The notes beneath the pieces are model-generated. The model was not told where the DNA came from, did not search any database, and saw nothing but the letters and a program-made list of their open reading frames with translations. From NCBI GenBank assembly GCA_964483715.1, contig CAZACR010000001.1, positions 1-42,330 of the forward strand: a stretch of 42,330 nucleotides of DNA, written 5' to 3'. The position numbers and the translations under genes are program-made. Positions 27,265 through 35,600 of the stretch are shown here, piece after piece. Position 1 is the first letter of the stretch. Every line of letters begins with the position of its first letter. Source of the stretch: an uncultured Clostridia bacterium (lineage in GTDB: Bacteria; Bacillota; Clostridia; Christensenellales; Borkfalkiaceae).

Positions 27265-29268
27265 TCACATATTGTCGCGCGCTTGTAGTAGCCACTCTAT
27301 GAAAAGCAGCCCCACCAACGCCGCGGCGAGCCAGACCAAAAGGTCGTTATAGTTATCGTTTGCATCATAAACCTTGCGCGGGTCGTATAAAACGTCCTCC
27401 AATTCACACACGTTGCTTTCTTCCGATGGAATGGATACGTAGATTTTTTCCACAACATTACTTGCGTGACCGAAAGGAATTTGTATAAGTTCGTAAGTTC
27501 CCGGCTTATGAAGCGAAATATTTGCCGGCAAATTTTCCAATACCTGTTCGCTTCCGTCAAATGATTTAACCGTAAGTTTATCTACTCGGGAATTGATTGT
27601 GATATTTTCGTCTACTTGGAAATAAGTGCCGTCTACCGTAGAAGGGAAGAAGTGCAAAATCATATTGCGCATTAGCATATAAAAATCGCCGGACGAAATG
27701 CCAAGATTGGACTTATGCAAGTCGAATGCGAGCACCATAACGTTTTCGAACTCGTTTTCTTTTAACAATATCGTTGGATTACTCCCGCACGAAGCCAAAA
27801 TTTCGTATTTCGAGATAGACGTGACCTTATTAACAAAACTAATGCCGACGCGGGAAATGTCTACGCCTTGCAACAGCGGATGTTCCATTTCCTGCTTCAT
27901 CGCGTACATACGTGTACCATTGCCGAGGGGCAGCTCACTGCCGAAACTAAGCCCGGAGCCCGCGGGGGCAGTGTTAGGATTAACCAGCATAACGACGCCG
28001 TCGCTGGGCATAACCTTAGGCATTGAGTGTTCGAAAATGTAAAAGTCGAATCCGTGATCAGCCGCATGCCCTACTTTCGGCTCCGCTATTTCTATGTCCC
28101 AATATGAGGAAAATCTGGTTTGTAAAACGGGCAAAACGCCTTGGAAAAACGGATTGGGTAACGAACTCGCATACTGAATTTTAAGCGTGCGCCTCTCACC
28201 GCCGTAAATGAAATAGTCGTTATCAGCCTCGAAGTTGTCCTGCTCGGTAACAAATATGTGAACGCTTTCGTAAGCGAATACCTTTTGGTTGTCTAAAAGC
28301 GAACAAACTATCGTATCTTCCGTTTCGTAATCCTGGTTAACTATCGAATCGCTTCTGAAAACCACAGTTTTAACATTATCGCGGTCGCAAACCACCGGCT
28401 GAGTATACTTTACAGTAGTGCCGTGTGGGTTGGCATCGTCGGGATTTGCGCGTATAATTTCCACGTTGACATTAAGTTCGGCATCCTTGCCGTAGCAAGC
28501 GACATCAACGAAGAATGTATAATAATTATCGTCTATTTGCGTGCGTGCGTTTAAAATCGCAGCGTTCCACTCCTCTTTTTCCGATACGTCAACCACGGTT
28601 ATGCCCTGCGGCACAAAGGAATATTTTTTATCCGTATAAAGATAAATTTGCGCAGAGGGATTAATTTCAAGCACCTCGTTGCAAAGCTCCATCGCTGCTT
28701 CAATGTCGGAGGAACCGTAAGAACAAGCCAAATCTTCGCCGTTAACCAAACTGCGGAGCGCGGTCTGGAACCTGTTTTTTTGCGTATACTCTGCACGGAG
28801 CATTGAAAAAACCGTACCATCCTCCTGCTCCACGCCGAAATAATAAGGGTTATCGTCTGCGATTATAACCGACAAAAAACCTTGCCGACCGAAAATTTCG
28901 TCGGAAAGGCTTTCTACTTTATCCACTGCTCTTTCGTAGCGCGTTTCTCCCGCTGTTTGCGTGCGCATACTCGCCGAAGAATCAACGATTGCTATTGCTT
29001 CGTATTCGTCTACAAAAGTCTTTGTAATCTGAACGGGTTTTGACAAAATTAACGCACAAGCAATGAGTATGAGAATTTGACAAAGTATGAGAATAATATT
29101 CCTTATCTTGCTGACAGGAATTCTTTTCTTTTTGTATTTCATACTCAGTTTCCATACAAAAGTACTGGAAACCAATTTTTGCTCGTAATTGGGGCGTATG
29201 ACGTAGATTAAAATCAATACGATTATTGAAATTAACCCCAATAACCCCAAAGGAATCAGTAAACTCAT
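27265..29268 (-). CDS. BatA-N-type double-TM / vWA domain membrane protein (667 aa) with a C-terminal TM helix
   Basis: ATG 29268 overlaps the DUF58 stop (ATGA), suggesting translational coupling. N-terminus MSLLIPLGLLGLISIIVLILIYVI, basic loop KYKKKRIPVSKIRN, then a second helix. MIDAS motif AIAIVDSSASMRTQ. C-terminal helix LLVWLAAALVGLLFIEWLL. Confidence 0.85.
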   Translation of the reverse strand: MSLLIPLGLLGLISIIVLILIYVIRPNYEQKLVSSTFVWKLSMKYKKKRIPVSKIRNIILILCQILILIACALILSKPVQITKTFVDEYEAIAIVDSSASMRTQTAGETRYERAVDKVESLSDEIFGRQGFLSVIIADDNPYYFGVEQEDGTVFSMLRAEYTQKNRFQTALRSLVNGEDLACSYGSSDIEAAMELCNEVLEINPSAQIYLYTDKKYSFVPQGITVVDVSEKEEWNAAILNARTQIDDNYYTFFVDVACYGKDAELNVNVEIIRANPDDANPHGTTVKYTQPVVCDRDNVKTVVFRSDSIVNQDYETEDTIVCSLLDNQKVFAYESVHIFVTEQDNFEADNDYFIYGGERRTLKIQYASSLPNPFFQGVLPVLQTRFSSYWDIEIAEPKVGHAADHGFDFYIFEHSMPKVMPSDGVVMLVNPNTAPAGSGLSFGSELPLGNGTRMYAMKQEMEHPLLQGVDISRVGISFVNKVTSISKYEILASCGSNPTILLKENEFENVMVLAFDLHKSNLGISSGDFYMLMRNMILHFFPSTVDGTYFQVDENITINSRVDKLTVKSFDGSEQVLENLPANISLHKPGTYELIQIPFGHASNVVEKIYVSIPSEESNVCELEDVLYDPRKVYDANDNYNDLLVWLAAALVGLLFIEWLLQARDNM

Positions 29269-30164
29269 GACATAATACCCACTTTAAACAGTTCGCCGAA
29301 AAAGACTTTTTCAATAGGCTGACTCGCGTCTACGGAAATGAAATCCACGCCGCGCTTACTGCAAAAATCTTTTATGCTCTGTTTAAAATCGTTAAAAGCC
29401 TGCGCATATGCGTTAAGCATAGAGCGGCTTATCCTTATTCTCATATTTTTATTATCCGATAAATCCACAGATTCGGAATCGAGAAGATTTATACGCCCGT
29501 TGTAAGACGGGTCCACTTCCTCCGGCGCAAGCACCTGCACCAAAAGAACTTGTTTTTTCTTGTAGCTGAAATAGTCCACCGCTTTTTTCCAGTCGCTGTC
29601 AGTGAAAAAGTCCGAAATAATAACCGCCAGACCGTTATTAGAACCGCCGTCAGTGCAACTGGCAACGCAAGCGTTGATGTCAGTATCTCCGTCAAACTGA
29701 ATTTCTTCAAGCGCGCTTATGGCCTTGAAGAACGCAGTTTTGCCCACTATCGTGCCGAAAGGGTTTTCAGCTTTGTCGCCCTTCATAACGTTAAAGCTGA
29801 CTTTGTCCATATTATGCACGGCGAGATAGCCCATAGCCGCCGCCGTTGCAATCGCGTACGCACCCTTTTTATGGTTGGACTTACCCATCGAAGCCGAGCA
29901 ATCCAGGAAGATTTGCACGTGCATTTGCCTTTCGTCTGTGAACAGTTTCAAAAAGTATTTTTCGAAACGGCTGAAAAGATTCCAGTCTATTCTCCTTATA
30001 TCGTCTCCCAGCTGATATTCTCTGTAATCGGCAAATTCCACCGTTTGTCCGTAAGTCTTGACAAGGTGTTTACCGCCGAAATATCCGGCGAGGTTTGGTT
30101 TTAAGTTGAATGCCAACGCTTCCAGCCTGCTGAAAAACGTATCGTTTAAATAGGAACCTTTCAT
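29265..30164 (-). CDS. DUF58 family protein (the vWA-fold partner usually found next to MoxR)
   Basis: 299-aa ORF. Hallmark motif ADYREYQLGDDIRRIDWNLFSRFEKYFLKLFTDE followed by FLDCSASMG. No TM helix or signal peptide. Located immediately downstream of the MoxR gene. Confidence 0.9.
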   Translation of the reverse strand: MKGSYLNDTFFSRLEALAFNLKPNLAGYFGGKHLVKTYGQTVEFADYREYQLGDDIRRIDWNLFSRFEKYFLKLFTDERQMHVQIFLDCSASMGKSNHKKGAYAIATAAAMGYLAVHNMDKVSFNVMKGDKAENPFGTIVGKTAFFKAISALEEIQFDGDTDINACVASCTDGGSNNGLAVIISDFFTDSDWKKAVDYFSYKKKQVLLVQVLAPEEVDPSYNGRINLLDSESVDLSDNKNMRIRISRSMLNAYAQAFNDFKQSIKDFCSKRGVDFISVDASQPIEKVFFGELFKVGIMS

Positions 30165-30200
30165 CGCTTCTCCGCCGAATTAAGTACGGCGACTTTTTAA

Positions 30201-31199
30201 TTACTTCTTTTCTTTGTATTTCTTGCTGACTTCGTCGACGATCAGTTTAACCACGTCGTCGGCACTTGCGCGCTCTGCAATAGCTTCGAAATTGAGCTTT
30301 ATGCGGTGACGAAGTACGGGCAAAGCAAGTTCGTTGATGTCCGAGTACGCAACGTTAAACCTGCCTTTTATAAGCGCCATAACCTTGCCTGCTGAAATCA
30401 GAGCTTGTCCCGCACGGGGAGAAGCACCTACTCTTACATATTTCTTAGCCGCTTCGGAAGCACATTCGCCGTCCGGATGCGTAGCAGAAATAAGCGTCAT
30501 CGCATAGCGCATAACGTCAGATGCAACTGGAATTTGGTTTGCCGTTGCACGCATTGCCAAAAGCTGTTCGCCGTCGCAAACGCCTTCCGCAACTTCCGCC
30601 ATCGTCTTTTGTGTCATATCTACGATTTGCATAAGTTCGTCCAGGCTGGGGTTAGGAACGTTTACTTTAAACATGAAACGGTCCATCTGCGCTTCAGGCA
30701 ACGGATAAGTGCCGTCCTGCTCTATAGGGTTTTGGGTTGCAAGAACGAAGAACGGTTCGTTCAACGGGCGGGAAGTGCCCATAACCGTTACGGTATGCTC
30801 CTGCATTGCTTCCAAAAGAGCCGACTGCGTTTTGGGAGTTGCACGGTTGATTTCGTCAGCAAGAATAATATTGCTGAAAATAGGACCCGGCTGGAAGCTG
30901 AAGGTCGAATTTCCGTCTTCGCCCTTTACGATAATGTTAGTACCGGTAACGTCGGCAGGCATCAAATCGGGGGTGAACTGAATACGCGAAAAGGGCAGAT
31001 TAAAAACTCTGCCCAGTGATCTTACAAGTCGCGTTTTACCTACGCCCGGTACACCTTCCAAAAGTACGTTACCGCCTGCAATCATTGCAATTATGGTATT
31101 TTCCACCACCTCTTTTTGTCCGATTACGTCTTTTGAAACCTCGGCAAAAATCTTGTCGCATTGCTTGCAAAACTGCTCTATGCTTTTTTCTGTAACCAT
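30201..31199 (-). CDS. moxR: MoxR-family AAA+ ATPase
   Basis: 332-aa ORF. Walker A LLEGVPGVGKTRL, Walker B plus family motif IILADEINRATPKTQSALLEAMQEHTVTV, and FFVLATQNPIEQDGTYPLPEAQMDRF, which is typical of the AAA_3/MoxR subfamily. Confidence 0.95.
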   Translation of the reverse strand: MVTEKSIEQFCKQCDKIFAEVSKDVIGQKEVVENTIIAMIAGGNVLLEGVPGVGKTRLVRSLGRVFNLPFSRIQFTPDLMPADVTGTNIIVKGEDGNSTFSFQPGPIFSNIILADEINRATPKTQSALLEAMQEHTVTVMGTSRPLNEPFFVLATQNPIEQDGTYPLPEAQMDRFMFKVNVPNPSLDELMQIVDMTQKTMAEVAEGVCDGEQLLAMRATANQIPVASDVMRYAMTLISATHPDGECASEAAKKYVRVGASPRAGQALISAGKVMALIKGRFNVAYSDINELALPVLRHRIKLNFEAIAERASADDVVKLIVDEVSKKYKEKK

Positions 31200-31225
31200 T
31201 TTAGTTAAATCCTCTATATTAAATT

Positions 31226-32281
31226 TTACTTTTCGATATTTTCGTAATAATCGTCTATGGCTTCCTTATCCTGGTCGGATACGTCATCCCTGGACGACAG
31301 GTCTTTAAGCGTCTCGCTATAAGCGTTGTCAAAAACCGCATCCCCGTAGAAGGTATTTCCGTCGAACACTTTGTTGGCGGGATTATTTTGGCTGGTAGAA
31401 TTATCGGAATCACCCGAACCGTCTCCGCCGCCGTTGTTGCTTGTTTTGGGAGGGAAGGGAGAATCATCGCCGTTTGTGCTTGACTCGCCGCCGCCCCCGC
31501 CGTTACCACCGTTTACTAACGGAAGATCGTTAAAAACAGGAATATTGTCCCCATCGTAAGTTACGAAATTTGCAACAACGTCTATATTTTTTTTAACGCC
31601 GTCCTCGCTTCTAATTGCGGAGGCAACACCGTCCGACCAACCGGCAAACATATAACCTGCCTCAGGAAAAGCGACTACCATTTTGCCGTCTTCGCCGGCA
31701 AGAATTTTTTGCTTCGTTTCACCGAAAATAGAACCGCCGTCCTCAGCCGAGTAGTTAATATCGTAATATTTGGGTGCGGGAGTGTTGGCTTCTTGTATCA
31801 TTTCCATGGCGCTTTTATCTATAAAAGACATACCCACGGTTGCACCAACGCCGAGCGCGCAGGTTACAGATGTAGCCACTATAAGCGGAACGGAAATTGC
31901 CAAAGCAAAAATTTTGGGGTCTATTTTGGAAAGTGCTTTGAGTGCGTCGTCCCTCTGCCTTTGCGCGATATACGAAGAACTTCCCTCCAACTCGTGCATT
32001 GTAATAATTCTTTCGTCAAGACCCAAAGAGTCTATACGGCGCGCCAGCCTTTGGGGCGTGGGGCGGAACGCAAAGAAATAAAACGATAAGGCGGTAGCCA
32101 CAGCAATTACTCCGAATAACGTGAAACTGAGCCAGATTATGCCTTTAAAACCGAAAAACCAGCAAGCTACCGCGCAAATAATCATTGCGCTAAATCCGGT
32201 AAGCAAACCGCAAAGCATGGCTTTAATACATGACTCCGCACGCAAACGTGATTCAAATTTTTTAAAGATTTCTTCAGACAT
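31226..32281 (-). CDS. Three-TM membrane protein with an extracytoplasmic Flg_new-like repeat, a Gly/Asn/Ser-rich linker and an acidic tail; first gene of the MoxR unit
   Basis: ATG 32281 is preceded by AGGAGG. Helices at about aa 20-43, 47-70 and 123-148. Loop ARRIDSLGLDERIITMHELEGSS. Ectodomain GYMFAGWSDGVASAIRSEDGVKKNIDVVANF. Low-complexity stretch NGGNGGGGGESSTNGDDSPFPPKTSNNGGGDGSGDSDNS. The gap to moxR is 26 nt. Confidence 0.8.
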   Translation of the reverse strand: MSEEIFKKFESRLRAESCIKAMLCGLLTGFSAMIICAVACWFFGFKGIIWLSFTLFGVIAVATALSFYFFAFRPTPQRLARRIDSLGLDERIITMHELEGSSSYIAQRQRDDALKALSKIDPKIFALAISVPLIVATSVTCALGVGATVGMSFIDKSAMEMIQEANTPAPKYYDINYSAEDGGSIFGETKQKILAGEDGKMVVAFPEAGYMFAGWSDGVASAIRSEDGVKKNIDVVANFVTYDGDNIPVFNDLPLVNGGNGGGGGESSTNGDDSPFPPKTSNNGGGDGSGDSDNSTSQNNPANKVFDGNTFYGDAVFDNAYSETLKDLSSRDDVSDQDKEAIDDYYENIEK

Positions 32282-32396
32282 AAAAACAACCTCCTTATAT
32301 TATTTTCCTTCTGAATTAACAAACTATTTAGGCGCTGCGAATATTCATTCTAATATGTATAAATTTATAGCCGCCTTTCGGTTTGTTTCGTATTAG

Positions 32397-32423
32397 TTTA
32401 TACCATTATAATCAGTTTGTCAA
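32397..32423 (-). promoter_or_regulatory. Putative promoter for the MoxR/vWA unit within a 346-bp AT-rich spacer
   Basis: On the minus strand: TTGACA (32423-32418), a 15-nt spacer (shorter than ideal), then TGgTATAAA (extended -10; hexamer 32402-32397). This lies about 115 nt upstream of ATG 32281. Other A/T hexamers in the spacer could serve instead. Confidence 0.3.
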
Positions 32424-32581
32424 TAAAAAATATACCATTTTATTATAAAATTTATTATAAAATCATATTTTTGCGCATATTCACACTTTTGTTATAAAAT
32501 TTATGCGTTATAAATGTATAAAAGAGTTAAACAAAACCATATGTCGATTATTGCACTTTTTTGCTTTATACTTAAAAGAAG

Positions 32582-32609
32582 AACGGGTGCAAAATAATTT
32601 GCACCCGTT
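32582..32609 (-). terminator. Rho-independent (bidirectional-looking) terminator after the 3,148-aa gene
   Basis: Perfect 12-bp stem AACGGGTGCAAA (32582-32593) / TTTGCACCCGTT (32598-32609) with a 4-nt loop. On the minus strand it is followed by CTTCTTTTAAG, and on the plus strand by TTTTATTG. It begins 18 nt after the TAA at 32628-32630. Confidence 0.75.
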
Positions 32610-32627
32610 TTTTATTGATTTTGCTTT

Positions 32628-35600
32628 TTAATCGTTGGATTGTTCTTCCTCGTCAAGTACGAACGTGATATCGGCATTGCTGCCTGCAAGCCAGTAAGCG
32701 CCCATATTGTAAACCGCAACCGCTTTACACTTAACGATAAGTTTTTGTTCTTCCGTCCAACCGTATATTATACTACCCGTCTGGCTCGTAGAATTAACAT
32801 TGACTACGGATGAAGGAATTATCAGCTGCTTAAGCGAAGTGCAGTTGAAGAACGCGCCGCTGCCGATAGTTTCCAATCCTTCCGGAAGCGTGATCTTTTC
32901 AAGCGAAGTACATCCGCTGAACGCACTGCCGTTAATCGTCTTAACCGTGGAAGGAAGAACGATGCTCTTAAGCTTTTCGCAACCCTGGAACGCCATAGAA
33001 TCTATTACTTCCACACCTTCGGGGATGGTAACCGAAACGAGCTCTTTGCAGTCCCTCATAATCTGGTTGGATATCGTATTGACACTTCCGGGGAAGGTTA
33101 TGCTGGTAAGTCCGCTTGATTCGAAAACGTAATTCTTTAAGGTGTCTACGGAGTCGGGAATGGTTATCGACTTAAGCGACGTGCAGCCTTCGAACATGCT
33201 TTGACCGAGAACCTTTAAGCCTTCCGTAAGCGTTACGCTTTCAAGCCAATCCATACCCTCGAACGCACCGTACGAACCCGCGTATGTGGTTATCGTGCTG
33301 GGAATAGTTACAGACTTCAGCTTAGTACAGCCGCGAACCATGAAGGGACTCATATAAGTCATGCCCTCGGGGAAGATAACTTCTTCAACCTCCGTACAAC
33401 CGTAGAACACGTGGTCGCTGGCGCCGCTCGAATTTACGAACGTTGCAGACGTGGGCATCGATTTGAGTCCGGTGCTGAACACTATGCGCTTTAACGGGTT
33501 GAACTGGAACGCTCCCTTGGTTATCGTTTCCAAACTATCAGGCATAACGAGTTCTTCAAGCTGGCAGTTACGGAATGCGTAATCACCTATCTTAATAAGC
33601 GTAGAAGGTAACGTTATGCTCTTTATGGAGCTTCCCTCAAATGCGTTGTTACCTATTTCGGTTATGCCTTCGGGCACTACGAACGATTCGCCTTCGTAGC
33701 CTGCAAACATACCCGCTTCTATCTTGGTCAAACCTTCCAGGCTGGTGTTGCTGCCGCCCAGATTCGTAACGGGAGTGAAATAAACAACGTCTTTGGTAGT
33801 AAGTAACGAACCGTCGTCGCCGACTTTATAAGCGGAGTTGCCGCTGTCAACGGTGATTTCGGCAAGTTTTGTACAGCCGTCGAACACTTTGGTACCGAGC
33901 GTGGTACACTTAGCAGGTAAACTGATAGAGGTCAATCCAGTGTTCTGGAAACTGTAGTTGCCTATCTGCGTAAGCGTTTCAGGCAGCTCTATACTCTTAA
34001 GCGATGTGCACCCACTGAATACGTAACCTGACATTTTAGTGAGCTTGCTAGGCAAGGATACGCTCGTCAAGCTCTTACAGCCGTAGAACGTGTATGCGGA
34101 AGCCGACGCAGTTGCCGAACTTGTCGACGTACCTATCATTGTAACGGTATCGGGAATAACTATCGACTTCAAGCCGCTATACTGGAACGTATAAGTACCG
34201 AGATAAGTCAACTTTTCAGGCAACGTAATCGAGGTGAGCGCAACGCAATTCCTGAACATATAATTGGCGAGCGCCGTAACATTATTGTTAAGCTTAACGT
34301 TGTTGACCGTAAGGCAGCCGTCGAATGCATAAGTGCCGAGCGAGGTTATATGAGAGATGTCGATAACCGGCTGTTCTGGTTTATCCGCATCGGTATAAAC
34401 CATGCTCAAAGACGAACAGTTCTGGAACATATACGGTCTTAATTCGTTAACGTTGGGATTAAGCTGAACTGTTTCAAGGTCTGTACAGCCTTTAAACATG
34501 CTGGACGAGTAACCTGTTACCCTGTAAAGCGAAATTTCTTTAAGTGCCTTACAATTTTCAAACGTATATGATTTCGAGCCGTTTTTGAAATCTATAACCG
34601 CATCTTGGTCGAACGTCACGGTTGTGAGCGCATGGCAATCCTTGAAAGTGCCCGTTGAAGCTTTGAATTTTGTGCCGCTGAAATATACCGTGGTCAGATT
34701 CTGGCAATCCATAAACATATAATCGGTCGCTTCGAAATCGCCGCCCAAGGAAACCGATTCCAGTTTCTGGCAGCCGACGAACATATACGTTGCCTTGGCC
34801 GCAGGGAACTTCGCGTTGAAAGTAAGCGCGGTGAATCCGCAATTGCCGAATATGCCTTTACCATCCGCCGTCTTTAAGCCCGTAGTACTGTTGTAGGAAG
34901 GAGCTGAGCCCGTGCCGAAGTTTACGCAGGTTGAAGGCAGGGTAACTGTACCCTCATCGCCGATTATTTCGCCCGAATCCGCCCTGTACTGAACCGTTTC
35001 GAGAAGCGGGCAGTTATTGAATACCGCCTGACCCAAAGTAGTCAGTTTACCGCCGAGAATAACCTTTTTCAGATTAGCGCAGTCCGCAAACGTGTACGCA
35101 GACGATACGCCGGTAGTTTTGTTGCTGCCCAGACTGGTTACAGACGCCGGAATTTCAATTTCGGTGAAACCTGTATTCCTGAACGTGTACGTGCCGAGGT
35201 AGGTAATCGCGCTGGGGAAGGTTATGCGGGAAAGCGAGGTACATCCGTCGAACATATAGTTGGGAAGCTCGGTGAGCCCGTCATTGAGTTTAACGTCCGT
35301 AAGCATAGAGCAGTTCTGGAACAAATACGTTCCCAATACCGAGCTGATCGGATACGTGCTTAAATCAACTTTTTCCAAAGCCGTTCCGGAGAATGCGTAA
35401 TCGGCGATTACTCTTACCGACTCGGGCAAGGATAACGTTCCTTCCTCCATTACCAGCTTGTCGCCGTCCCTGTAACCTACGGCAGTCAGCAAAGTGCAGT
35501 TCTTGAACGAATTTTTGCCGATACCTTCGAGCGTTGAAGGCAGTATAACCGAAGTAAGCGAGGAGCAACCGTTAAATATATCAGAGTAATAATACTTGTT

